From contig JAQGDQ010000055.1 of NCBI GenBank assembly GCA_030141605.1, positions 558,001 through 622,000 of the forward strand: 64,000 bases of DNA, given 5' to 3'. The stretch is from Tubiluchus corallicola. Taxonomy: Eukaryota; Animalia; Priapulida. How positions within the stretch are numbered: the first letter of the stretch is position 1; every line of letters begins with the position of its first letter. Position numbers and translations under genes: made by a program. The notes under the pieces are model-generated. The model searched no databases and was not told the DNA's origin. It was given only the letters and a program-made list of their open reading frames with translations. This document shows positions 50,601 through 63,754 of this stretch, one piece after another.

Positions 50601-53600
50601 CTTTTTCCACTCCTAATTTGAGCTTGTAAGAGCAAGTCCACTCATAAATAAATTTATGTAATAGTTGTAAATTCACACCATGTATTTGGTTTAATGTAAA
50701 GGACAAGAAAAGGGGTACCTGAAGTAGGTTTCAGAAAAATCGCCTTAAAAATTATATTACAGCAATTTAATGCGTACATCATACTCGTCTTGAAGGGAAT
50801 ATTTGTTTCTTTTCATTTTATATCTCCCCCAATACTGTTCCGATGGTGCCATTACATGACGTCACTATGTAAATGTAAATCAGGAAAAGAAAAGGAAATG
50901 TTAAACTATGTTTCAAAAAACTTTCCATGCAAATCTATGTTACTTGGCATTTTGCTTACCTGCTTGAAAGACTTATGTATCTGGAAATAATAATTTGAAA
51001 TGTTTGTGCAAATTGGAAAAATGTCGTTGACTCACCCTCCAGGGTGCACCACTCACTAACCAAGAACATATTTTTAATCTTATTGACAAGATACGGAAAT
51101 TTAAAATTTTACTTAGTTAGTAACATTTGTGCCACGCATACTCTGTTTATTTTTCAAACTTCATGCAATGTTATCTAAACTTGCTTTAAACGACCTACCA
51201 TCAAAATGGCTGTGCCTAATGGTTTTCGTGGGAGTTTAAATTTTCAAGTTTTATACAGTGTTGTGGCCAATGTAAGCCCTGCATGCAAAAAGGCACTATG
51301 TAAGTGGTATTAAATTTCAAGACGAATTTTTTAAGCTTGATGGAAGTGGAGGGTTTTTTGTGCTTTAAAAAAAGAGAACAATTTAAAAAATTACAGTTTT
51401 ATATTTTTGGTTATTAAAAATTAATAAGTATATTGTCTCATCAAGTTTTGTTTTGACTTGTTTTTTGTTTTTCAATATTAGGAAGTCTAGCAGTTTACTA
51501 TAATATTACTTAATTTTGGAAATTACCTTAATTTTTAAAGTTGTCTGCAGTTGGTTTGCTAGTTTGATAGTTATGTAAATAAATGAAGATGTAATATTTG
51601 TACATAATAATAACTCGATTCATGTTTTTAACACATTTCATACAATTTCAAGGTACAGTAGTGTTTACTCTTGTCAATTTTCCAGATTTTTTCTTTCAGT
51701 TCTAATCTGATTAACCTAACTTCCTTCAGAAAGCTATAATACACTTAAGGTTTTCTGTCTATGAGTCAAAAACGTTTTTTCAGCCAAAAATTTGACTTTT
51801 ACATCTATATAAGAGAAGTTCCTACGGTGAATTACAAATAAATAAATAATTAGAGCTTTTTATATCTAGTTTTAAAACGACACTTAGTTGGTAAAACCTA
51901 TGATAATGTGCTGCTGTTTCATTCTGATTCAGTAACCAAAGCTTTTTTGTTTATTTGTTTATTTTTTGGCGAATTATTTAGTTGCAATATATTTCTAGGT
52001 TTTAACTGATGATGATCAGACAACCGTGGCTTTTCTAGAAGAAGGTGTCGTTCTTGGAGAGGTAAACTGGTTTTAATTTATGTAATTTTTGGTAAGCTTT
52101 GTAGCTGTTTTAAAGATCTTTGTTTAGCTTAACGACAGTTTCTAAAACTTTTTAACTTTTTTCAAAAAGATTTTGATATTTTAAAAAATCTAGTCAAACG
52201 CCATTCTTTCTGTGTGATTTAACATAGCTGTCTTCATGACAACCCTGATATGTCTTGTTAGTACTGTTTAGTTTTCAAGTGTTTTTCTGACAAGTATGAT
52301 AGTTTCATGCTAACTGTAATCAATGTTTAACTGCTGTATTTTTATTTTTGCTTACAGTTACATCTTATTTATGCTTTGCCCAAGACAGCATCAGCAAGGG
52401 CTGTAACAAGTTGTTACTTATGGGTGTTAGACAGAAGTAATGCTAGAACAATTTTAAGTTACTATCCTGGTGGTAAGTCAATGAAATTTAATACATAAAA
52501 CTGTAATAAGATAATTGCACTATTTTTTGTTGAATCTGTAGAATATTGTAATTATATAATTTTTTAATAATTTGATGCGCCTGCGTATATTTATACAAAT
52601 CATATATCACATCTGCAGATAACTATGATAATTCTGTAACTGGCTTACTTAAAATTGCAGCAAATTAGTCTTAGATAAGTGCATTTTCAGCTTCGCAGTG
52701 GTGATTTTAAAGAACAGTTAGCTACACTCCACTGTTTTTGCACAGTATGTTGTTTGGACATATTTCCCAAAAACCCCTACATTTGAGAAATTCTTTCAGA
52801 TGATGTTATTATGTATGGTTAGCATCCAAACTTAAGCAATGCTGAAGTGTTAATGAAGAGATGTTAATCAATTACTTCGCTACTCATTCTGGGTAGTCCA
52901 TTTGCCATACTGGCTTAAGTGACTTTGAAATCTTTCTCACTGAGTAAGGCTCTAAGACAGCTCTGCTGCTCCATTTTAATTCATTTTAGAGGAGTTCCTA
53001 TATGAAGATGTTAGGTACCAGTCTTGCTGCAACTGTTCAGCATTACGTAAACTCAGCCTTTGAGTGCTTTTTACTGCTTGCAGGTTCTTGTATAAAACTA
53101 AAAAAAGTATTTGGCCAACATGCAGAACAAGCAATTTTACAGATGTTCTGTTTAACAGAACTTTGTTTCTAAAAAACAGTGACTAGCTCAAGATTTTAGC
53201 AATTTTTTGGCACAAATTGTAAGTGCTTCAACAACTAGCAAAAACCTGCAAATATAGTTGCATACAAACAAAACAAAATTAAAAGTATTAATTGGTATTG
53301 TAATAGTTTAGGTTTAATCAGTCTTAATTAAATGCGTCAGCAAATTACATATACATTAGACACGTAATTTTTTTTATGAAAATTTTGTGACGTGATGGAT
53401 CAAATTCGAAGGTAAAAGTTTGTTTATTTTTAGTTGAGAAACGACTAGTCGAGGTTCTGAAGCAGAGGTGTGTGACAGCAGTTGCTGTGTCACGGACGGT
53501 GCCAAGGCATAAGGTTTTTCTTAAGTTCTGTTACTTTAGTTTTTCCTATGCTGATTTGTAGAAGCGTTGACAACTCAGCATCACTTCTAAATCATTTGTG

Positions 53601-56600
53601 CTAACAGTTTTGCTTTTGTGCAACAGTTCTCCTTAAATGGCCTTTCCACACTTCTTTCTTTCTGTTGCATCGTGAAGAGATAACAAGTGAAGATATTTAT
53701 GTGAAGTATCAGCCAATACTGCAAACATTCGGTAGTCAATCTTCCAAATAAATTACTGCAGATATTCTTAACGTCTCAAAAATGCACGCCATAAAATTCA
53801 CGCTGTTTTGGTGTCATCCAAATAAAAACCACTCGTGAAGAGCGAATAAAATGTTGTCTTGCTACACCACCGTGACTGATAGTGTTATTGTTACTGATAG
53901 CATAAATGTGACCTTTTTTAACATTTTAGTTCCTTGTAACATCAGCGTCCAGCACTTGTAGGAGTCAGTGTATTTCCACATAAGTTTCACTGCTGATAGA
54001 GGCTCATTCCATCCTATGCATTGCAATCTCCTTTAGCATTTCCTGCATACCTAAAAGCCTAATATAGTACCCAATTACCATAGCCATTTTAGGGCACAAA
54101 ATGTACATAGATGTCCCTCTAATGAAATTGCCAACACTTTTCCCCACTACTTAGTATCAAGCATAAATCAGCACAGGTATTGGGACATTTTGAAGATTGC
54201 AAACTCATTTTTTTAAACATAAAATAGGTTACCAGGTTTTTGTGACTACTGACTTTGTCCCCCGTATTGTTAAGTGACAATGACATTTGTCATCGTATTG
54301 CACATGTTTGTATCTGCAACTTAAAGTGCACTGCTGCCTGATTTATGGCGGAATTATGAAAAATATTCGTGTGCTCTGTTCTTGAAGTTGTTCTTGTTCT
54401 GGTTAATTTGCTTTTAGCCTGCTTTTTAATGCTCTTGTTAGTGTAAAAAGAGAAAAGGTCTTGAGGGTTTCCTTTTCGGTTTTTTAACATTCAAAAAAAT
54501 AATTAGTTTTTGCAAAATGGCAAGGTGTTAAATGGGACATTGAAAGAATACAATCCCATCTTCATGTTTACATTGTAATATCTTACTGTGTTTTTGGAAA
54601 TTCAGAACTCATTCAACATAAAACTTCAGACAATCTAGAATAAACTGCAAATCAAGATACGAGAATTGTGCGAACTAAAAAAAATTTGTTGAAATTTTTT
54701 TATGGTGTCTTCATCCAGGTTTACATATTTCGTTGTACAACTTACAATAGTTGAGTGGGTGATTTATTTTTTCTTTGTCTGTTATCTGTTTGTAGCAAGG
54801 GTCTGCAGTCATGTTGAGGAAGCTAGATGAGGGTGATTCTCTAAAACATAACTCATTATCCTATCCATTTGGAGATACAAGAGAGGTTAGTTGGCATAGA
54901 TTACCTTACGCTGTGCAAATAGTATAAAAACTTTTATCTGCATTGCCTTATTAGAACTTTTGGACTTGGCAAAAAAGTAAGACTTAGCAAAACATCCAGA
55001 ATAAGAACAACTAAAAAGTGGACAGAAGGAAAAATCTGACTTTAAGGATTTTTGTGGGTTAGTTTGGTTAGTTACTAAGTGTTTTTCTTGTTAAGTTTAA
55101 AGATCTTTATTTTTTATTTGTTTTCCTTTGCTTTTCCTTTTAGAGAAGTGTAAGTATAGTATCGTTTGACGAAGCAGTTATTCAACTTGAAATTGAAGAT
55201 CAACAAAAGATTCTTGTGCAGGACGAACAGAAGCCGGATGGCGACAAGCATAACATCGTCGTGCCTTCTGCGTCACAGAAGTGGTCTCGTCTGGCAACCG
55301 AGCGCAGAATGTCACAAGCAAGGTCTTCAATGCAAAAACCCCAAAAACCAAAACAACACGAATCTCTTGTTTCTCTTCATATAAGTGAACACAATTTTGA
55401 ACAGACTTCACCAGTCAAGACACATGCGACAAGTGTGGTGACTGAGGTACAAAAAGCCGAAAAGCACAGGCATTCAGAGCCTGCAAGGATGCGCCAGAAT
55501 TACCCCACTGTCATTAAAGAAGTACGAGATAAGCACAAGGTATGGTGTTAAACCTTTCTAGCATCTTCTAGTAAAATGCTGTGTTATAGGGTTGGTATGG
55601 AGTTATTGATTTCTCTGTTTTTTTCTGAAGTATTTCCTGCTTCTCGTTTTGTACAAACTATTGCCACTTGTACCACGCAGTACCTCATGAATGTCATCAA
55701 GTCAAAAAAGCTTCCTGATTCAGTGAAGAGATTGGCTGCTAAAAAAGGTAAAGAGAAAGCTGACGAAGAAGCAGCAACTTTCGGGCAGTCCCTCTGTAAA
55801 CACTCTGTATTTCATGTACTCTGTCTCTGGCGAAGCAGGCTTTAAATTGCTTGAAAGTTTGGCTAATTAGAAAAAGTTATCTCTTTTCGTTCATATTTCA
55901 TATCAAAGTGTTATGGTTGGAAGAGTCAAAATAGAAAAGCGATTTATCTTAAAACAAACAGACTTGAACTCTAAACCTGCAGTTCAGTGTATTTTTGCCA
56001 ATGCAATGTAATACAAAATGATCATGGAAGAGAACTATTAAAAAAAGACCACAATAACAGCTGATTGCAAACCAGATAAAAAGATGCAAGGCTTTACAAT
56101 GTACTGTAATCAAATAAGAGACAAAAATTATTTAAAATATGCATAAAGTTCTTATGTCCAAACTGCAATTGAATGCATAAAATCATTAAAAGAAAGCTGA
56201 TCGATAGAACAGAGACTCGAGCTGGAAGGCGCATTTTCAAATGTACGTTGATGGCTTAACAGAAATCTCTGAAGAATCCAGCTTGAGTTAGGAGTAGAAC
56301 AGCCTCTTTTCTTGTAGCACTTTTGCTTCACTGTCACTGAACCATAAATTAAAAGTATCCTCTCAACTTACCGTGTGTCTGATTTCTTTATAGGAAGGAA
56401 TTAATTTGGTTACACTTTCTGATATGAAGCTGAGAAACCTTGTTACACAGAAGAGAAGAATATCACTTGACTCAGCAGGACGCGACAATGTAAGTGGTTC
56501 AACATACAAACAATTAAAGTATGTTTCATCAGATTGTATGCACAAATTGCATCAGATGGGTTGACCGTTTTTGAAGAAAGAAAACCATTGAAAGAATGTA

Positions 56601-59600
56601 GTGAAGAACAGGAAACAATGAAGTTGAAAAATCAAACAAAATTTGTTTTTCAAGAAAACAGCAAATGATATTAAAGATTAAAAAGTTTCTTATTTAAAAC
56701 TCTTTGCCTGTTGTTATTTAAATATGTGTATATAATAAGCTGCATACTGTAAATTTGTGCTTCAGTAACAGTGGCTGAATACAAACACTGTATAGTGGCA
56801 AATATGTCTGGTGAAAAATTCTAATTCTACTTGCACGTACATGCAAAAATATTAAATTCATACCATATTAATTGGAAAATTAGAAGTTGAGGAAACACAT
56901 CAATAATTTTTGAGCGAAATTAGTTTGAAAAAAAATAATTAATGTAGTAATAAATTAATAAATATCGTAATTTCTGTAATATTTTTTTTCATAAATTGTT
57001 TTCACGCGTTTAGGAACAGCAGTTTTTGGCTGAAGCTCAGAAGCGAGAGCAGCAAGAAGCATCTTCTGACCCTGCATCAGCTTCCACGAATATAGAGGTT
57101 TGCTAACAATTATTCATACAGTTAACATTTATGTTTTAATATCATCCGAGAACTTTTTATACAGAACTACGATATGTCTGACCCGTAATAAAAGTACTTC
57201 CCATTTCTTCACACTGAAACTGTGACAGCGCCGTATGAGCTTTGTAGCCAGAAACTCAATTAATTGACAAAACTTAATCAAATTGTTTTACAACCCAACA
57301 GGTTTCTCAGTGATACCGTTTTATACAGGTCTTAGCAATGGCAACAATTTAAGCAATGGGTGCAAATGTCGTTCTTACGGGCACCTGGAAACACTTGTTT
57401 AAATTCTGTAGTGTAGTTGATCATTATCAGTAATAGGGAGTTGCATCCTGTAAACACCATTGCATTATCTACAAGATGTTGACTACTGTGTGTGAAATAC
57501 AGTATACTGAATGCTTGAATGTAGTAGTCAGTCATTACACTCACTATGTTAGCACCATTTTCCTGACATCAGAATTTTGCTGAATCGTGGCCATTTAAAT
57601 GTACGGCAGTGAGTGCATGCAAACATCTAATAATTTTAACTATAAATGATGGTTTTCTGTCATTGCCTAAGTTTCCCAACTCCACATTCGTCATCATTTT
57701 TATCGTCTGAATAAATTTATAATATTGTTTCATATCACCTTAAAAGCATTATTATCATTAGGTGTCATTGCTTGATTACACTGATTATATTGATATTTGT
57801 CATTGTTATTTTTATTTGGAAATCATGCACTCATTTTACTACAAGCTTTATTATGTTGCTTACACATCTTGTTTGTCTCTCAGATTGTGTTCTTTTGCTT
57901 AGATTAGGATATTTAACTATTTTTGATTTTTGTTAATTGGCAATTAATTATTATTGTTTTGATTGTAATGTTTTTGTTTGTTACTTCATCATCTTTTCGC
58001 TATTGAGTTTTGTGTTTAGTGTAATCAAACCGTCCATCTGTGTGAAAGGACAGGAGACTAGATGATTCTTTGGTCCCTCCTTGTCCTGCTCCACAATTAC
58101 ATTCATTTAATATTGAATTAACATAATTACTGTAAATGACATTGGAGAAAAATAAAACATTCTATGTTCTATGACAGTATTGTGTTGTATCATTATCTTA
58201 TTGCTAATTATAGCATTGTCCCTCTTGCAAAATGCATCGACTAGGGGTGAGCATCAAAAGTTTATAAATTTATAAATTTGAATAATTCAGCACTTCAACC
58301 ACATACGTTCCTTATCATTAAAACGTTTGAAACTTCATACAATTAGCACAATTTAGCCGTGATTTCTGTGTACAATTTTTAAATACATTAGTGATCTTGC
58401 TGCAAAACAAAATCAAATAATATATATGATCTCTGTAAGACTGCTTTTTACTGATGGTTCGAAAACCTGTTTGAAAATCTATTAAACAGAGTTCGAATTC
58501 GAAATACTGAAATTCAGTTTGATTCGAACTCAAAAGTCACACATTCGATTCGATTCGAATTCGCTTTCTAATAGAGAATGCTCAGCCCTAGCATTGACAC
58601 CTCATTTCTTCATAGTGTACTATAAATATACTTTTTCAGCCACAAAAGAGCTTGGTTTATCCAGAAATAGGCTTATTACATTGTGACGCTGATGGTAGTG
58701 ACCTTAATGTTGCAAAACCTGAAGACCTTAATGTTGCGAAACCTGAAGATGTGGATATATATCAGGTTGATATTATTTTGTCATAAAAAAACCATTATTT
58801 GCAAGTTTTCGTATGACATTTTAGATCAATGTTGAAAGTGAAACTGAGTTGCCTGTTTGTGTAAAATAGTTACTTCATCGATTGTCCTAAAAGTTTTTGC
58901 TTTTTACCAAAATCTTTTCTTTACCAAATCTTTGCCAGATTAAATACTAGGAAAATATTTGGTTGTTCTTTTTGAAATTCTTTCTAAACCTTCCGCTTTG
59001 CAAGAAAAATCAATGTTTCACAGAAAAGGTGCAATTTTTTGTTTTGGTATTTTGGTAAGCAAGTCTTCCCTAAGCTACTTAATGTAAATGCTACAACAGA
59101 AAGCTGTATTGTGAACAAGACTCTTCAAACATTTAAGACTTGCTTAAGCTTTAGCTGTCCAGTGGAACATTGCACTAATTATTATACAGAGCAGCACCAT
59201 CAGCACAGACAGGAAGTACAGAGTCTGATGGGTTGATGATAAACAAGCAGAAACAAAGTAGGGCTATTACAGAACCTTGAGGAACACCAACATGGATTTC
59301 ATATATCAATAACATTATTTAATTTTACATACTTCATATTATTTTTTGGAATGTTAAATGCAAATAGAGAGTCGTTGTAGTTTTTGTGTAGAACTTGTAC
59401 CCAATTTCGAACAGCAGATATTTGAATTGTCTTTAAATGACCCGTAAGTAAACAAGTATCTAGTTTGTTGTGGTTTATTTGAAAAATAGAATCAGGTAAC
59501 TTCCAAAAAGTGGGTGCTTTGTATTTCAGTTAACTGTTTTAGCCCTATTTTGGAATTTAAACAGAAGTGAAGCATATAGCTTAGCGACACTAAGTCGAAG

Positions 59601-62600
59601 TCTATGACACTAGCTCTGGTTCATAAATAAACAGATGGCCACCAGTAATGTAGCTGATGGGTGACTAGGTTCATTGCTGATGGAGGATTCATATGCATCT
59701 GAACACATAAGACACATAAGATTGTCCTTCATAATGAGCAGGGTTCCACGTTCATCATGATCACGTAGTGGGTGACATATTTCCGCTTGCATCACACTGA
59801 ACTGCATATGAAAAAATCTGACTAGTTGTTATATTTTACGTTACTATATATTGCTGAATTTCTAGCAAATTTATCTTGTGGCACTATAAAACAATGTCTT
59901 TATTGCTCATTAAATTTCCTCTGCGTTTTAATCCACTAAATGATTCTTTTCATTTTTGTTATTTTCGCTATAGTATACTAGTATTAACTTCATATTTTTG
60001 AATTCAGTCCTCTCATTATTTAATATAAGAAAAACACATGAAGTGCAGTTTTTTACATCTCGGCACACCGCAAGCTTACTGCAATCCATCATATTGTAGG
60101 AGGACTTGTTCTGTAAGATATTTGTGGTATGACCAGAAGTGGGCACATTATCAAGGATGCCTCTCTACGATGAGGTCACTCAGCTGGTAGTATTGTCTCG
60201 GGTATTTTCAGATATACACATGTTCTTTCTGAGGTAGCAGTCAAGCATCTCACCTGGAGTGTGTGTCGAGCTGAAGGAAGCCCAATGTGAAATATGCGCA
60301 CTCGCCCCCTCGGCCATGGTCCTCCCATGAGTGTTCAGTGCGAATTTTGTACACTTGTCCTTGGCTATTAATTTAAATTATTTCAGCGAAGACAAAGTAT
60401 CACGTATCCGGAAATAGATCTTTTGAAGTGTGATTACGATGGTGATTCGTTGGCTGGTGAAAAAGTGGAGCAAGTTGATGTAGAAGAGGTACACATGGTC
60501 TTTTTTTTCAGTTATCATTTAGGCAGTAACCCAATCTGTAAATGTTTGTTCGTAACTTATAAAGTGTAATATCTAATATATGCAGTTATTAACCTGATGT
60601 GCTGATAGCAGAACAGATACCTTGTTTAATGTACATTTGCTTTTTAGTGACATATTTTGTCACTTTCAGCGGAGAAAGAGCCTGGTGTATCCGGAAATTA
60701 GTTTATTAGGAATTGACGTTGAACACGAAGGTGAGGCTGCAATCAAGGAAGAACCCATATACGAAGTTCCCACAGAACCCAAAAGTGCTTACATTGAACC
60801 CAAGGCTGAAGTTTTCATCAAGGAACGAACACCCGAAGCAGTTAAACTGAAAAAAGCTGTTAGTTTTGAAGTTGCGCCTGGGGTTAGCATATTTTCACTA
60901 CTCACTTCACAACATCACATAGTTTTTCTAAATATGTCTTTGCTAAGATAATCGCCATTTAGTACAGATAGTCAAATGTTGATAATAGAATTCAACTTTT
61001 AACAAAAAATTCAGTATTGCATAGATTTTCAAAAGTACAGCATCTTGCATCAGACATTCCAGTCTCATTCAGCACAGAAGAAATCCTGTATTAAACTCCT
61101 GTTGTTTTGTAGAAATGTTAAAGGAAGACAGGATGATTTTTTATATGCTACCCCATTTTCAAGGCCGATAAAAAGTATAAATTTTAACGCAAATAATACT
61201 GCAAAAGTGTTTATGATAATAAAATACTAGATCAAAAACTTAATTAAAGATGAGCGAGCCCAACTCGATAATGATAACATCACAAACTAACATAACTTTT
61301 ACCAGCAAATATATTCCACGAGTGTGTTGCACGTTTTTACGAAAGCAAAAATTTAAGTACAGTGATACTGTAAGATATTCAGTGTGTTGTACTAAAACTA
61401 AGCAAGTTTTATAATAAAAATTCAAATTTCAAATTTACTGTTGTGCTCACACATGAGCTGTCGAATGTGTGTAGTTCGTCACAAACTAACACATCAGGAC
61501 TGGGAGGTACAGCACCTGTTTTTTGTGCAATGCATTTCCGAAATGCGTGCAACAGAGAAGAACTAGTGGCGCGAGCGTGAAATTGTGTTCGTGTGGTAAT
61601 AATTCTTTCAAGTGTGTTTTTTGGAGAAAATTTCTTTTCAATATTTTGAAGATTAGATTGTTTTGAGCTACAGTTTAAGATTGGGCCCAGTTTTGCTTTA
61701 ATGAAGTCTGTTCTATCAACCCAGATATTCACTGCATTGTCACTGGCCAAAAGCACCTGCACCTTATGAAACAAATGGAAATGTTTACTGTTTTTTACTG
61801 ATATATTTAACCTTGCTTGCTCACAGTTCATTAACTGCTAACAACTTAACAATAATGAAACCGCTGAGGCCATGTTAACTGATGACTAAAATCTTCAATT
61901 TACAATAAATTATTCTTAAGCATAAATTTTATTATGCGTATTTGTAGTGTTTGTTGTCACTTGAGGTAACTAGTGTTTTACCTAAAAATTATAAACGAAC
62001 GATTGATGCAGTAAGTTGGTGTTAATTATTAATTATTAAAGGTACGTGTAATTGATAATCAGCAACACATTCAATGCAAAGTAATTCAGCTCCATTAAAA
62101 CTGCAATAACATTTAATAACTTTTTGCAGTCTTGCTAAGTGCCGTTTTTTTCCTTTTTTCAGTCTGTTACGAAAGCCCAAGCTAACGCTCTTAAATCGCA
62201 CATTGAAGGGGTATGTTAACTTTGTTTCAATGTTTGTTTAATATCTTGAGATGCTTCAAGTATTTCGAAAATTAGTTTGAAAAAATCATTTACTAGCAGC
62301 ATAATAATAAACACATACTAGTGATAATGGCGTATGCAAAATGTTATTACTGTTGACGGGTCTATGTTCAGTTTTGCAAATTGTACAAAAATTGTGTCAT
62401 TGTAAATCTTCCAGTTTGGCTCATGGTGGTTCTTACTTGAATGTGTGGAATGTTGATTAACTAAAAAATTCCAATAACTTTTTTATTTGAACATTTTTTA
62501 GTCCAGATATATTTATGCAGAAACTTAATTAAATAAATCAGAGCTAGATGTATATTTTAGTTTACAGCTCCGAAATTGTTGATATTAGCAGCTAGTGATG

Positions 62601-63263
62601 AAGTTATTTGCACATATGAGTGTGTATTCAACCATTGGTGAAACGAGCTCTTTTAAACAGTCTAATACCATAGGATGCAGAATAAAAAGTGTAAAAAGGT
62701 GCAAAATGATCGAACTGTGTATGCCGTCTGTCACCTAGTTGGACCTGGATGCAGTTTCATCGCCACGTTATACATAGATTTTTATTTACAAAATTGTAGT
62801 TGGACGACTGTACTTGTTGGTGTCCCAATTCTATTAGTGTTTGGCAACTATGTATGCTTAGAAAACAGTGGATTTGGTTTTAGTTAAATAGCTGTCATAA
62901 TTTAGACTTTAAAATTGTCTTGACACTGAGTGTTCGTGCGTTCGCAATGTGTACTTTGTTTTTGCATTTCTAAGGCTTCATTTCATGCCCCCGTTTCTGA
63001 TTTTTGCATTAAACAGATGAACCAGCTACTGCTTGAGCCTGATAGTAGATTTACAAAGCTGTGGGAGCGATTGATCGTACTGCTGGCTTTGTACGTTTTC
63101 TTTTTCTATACCTACGTTGCGTGTTTTCCTTCTCTGCATGGTCATAAGTTTCTGTACGAGGAACATGGTGGCCCGATAGCTCTCTTGTTTACATACTTAG
63201 TCGAGTCTTTCTTTGTTGCTGACATCATTGTACAGATGAGAACGGCAGTCATTTCTGAACATA
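38628..63263 (+). CDS. Tandem-repeat cyclic-nucleotide-gated K+ channel (CNGK/tetraKCNG-like), 5' partial; continues beyond the window
   Basis: Exons 38628-39096, 39777-39974, 41849-41930, 44338-44515, 44613-44777, 50383-50535, 51999-52061, 52358-52472, 53434-53513, 54796-54885, 55144-55539, 56394-56489, 57014-57097, 58640-58765, 60387-60488, 60670-60882, 62163-62210 and 62975-63263, all phase-consistent. S1-S4 (DLVSALPFE, LRLNHLLRFYRI), pore YWSAATVTSIG|YGD, S6 and C-linker, CNBD (YMPGQFIFKRGNLG..LGELHL..PKTAS), then a second S1-S2 (EPDSRFTKLWERLIVLL..FFVADIIVQMRTA). The start codon and the linker exons are less certain. Confidence 0.85.
44898..46624. mobile_element. hAT-type non-autonomous element
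   Basis: Ends TAGGGATGTG..GACATACCTA, subterminal GATTCG repeats, and a degenerate 8-bp flank match (ACTGAGTT/ATTGAAGT). Contains an internal direct repeat (45262-45454 and 45890-46124). Confidence 0.55.
46938..49760. mobile_element. Sola3-like non-autonomous DNA transposon with about 490-bp TIRs
   Basis: TTAA-GAGTCATTCCG ... CGGAATGACTC-TTAA. The inverted arms 46938-47425 and 49262-49760 align throughout. TTAA TSD, GAG..CTC ends and long TIRs together fit Sola3. Confidence 0.8.
48478..49140. repeat. (GA)n/(GACA)n purine-rich microsatellite, about 660 bp
   Basis: Seen directly. It explains the RE/T-rich and SL/CV-rich ORFs at 48289-49175. Confidence 0.95.
50696..51368. mobile_element. Kolobok-type MITE family B, copy 3 (inverted)
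   Basis: GTAA-AGGACAAGAAAAGG ... GGGTTTTTTGTGCT-TTAA, the reverse complement of 21329-22000. Confidence 0.88.
58242..58590. mobile_element. hAT-type MITE
   Basis: TIRs TAGGGGTGAGCAT/ATGCTCAGCCCTA, an 8-bp TSD GCATCGAC/GCATTGAC and subterminal TTCGA repeats. Confidence 0.85.
61118..61701. mobile_element. Kolobok-type MITE family A copy
   Basis: TTAA-AGGAAGACAGG ... CCAGTTTTGCT-TTAA, with an intact TSD. Confidence 0.9.
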
Positions 63264-63754
63264 GTAAGCTGACAAATTATTATTATTATGTATTAGGAAT
63301 GATTTCTGCTTCCATTTTGAATTTGTCAATATGTATTGCTTGCATTTTTGTGATGCAATGTAATTTATATTAGTATGTAATGTATATTAATAACATTGTG
63401 TTATTTATGTATCATTTATGCATTTAAACAAATGTATTACTTGTGAAATGCAGTTAAACCAGAAGCAGAAACACCAACAAAAGCATAAAAATCCACGTCT
63501 TTATTTTGATTCGTACATATCCAAAGCTCATCTTCAGTGGTAATAACCAGGATGAGTACTAGAGCTGCTCAAAATGCATTAAAATGAAAATGTGGATTTG
63601 TTACTCACTTCATTTGTGTTTTTGTTTTTTTTTATTTACGCATTTTGTCATAAAGCAGTACCATACAAATGTTATTTTTGAATAATTTTCCGACAACGAG
63701 TATAGTTTTTCATTTCTCCAAACTTAATATGTGTTTTTAGTACCAAAACAAGTT

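Noticed and set aside
55576-55845. ORF with the charged segment VKRLAAKKGKEKADEEAA inside the channel gene
   Set aside because: I found no phase-compatible acceptor and donor pair, so it was left out of the gene model.
59190-59258. Exon-like segment in the channel linker region
   Set aside because: The phase-0 readings hit stops, and the open frame has phases incompatible with the neighbouring exons.
63480-63540. Minus-strand CTGAAGATGAGC..CGAATC, hammerhead or Penelope-like
   Set aside because: The GAAA and stem II are broken, so it is too degenerate to call.
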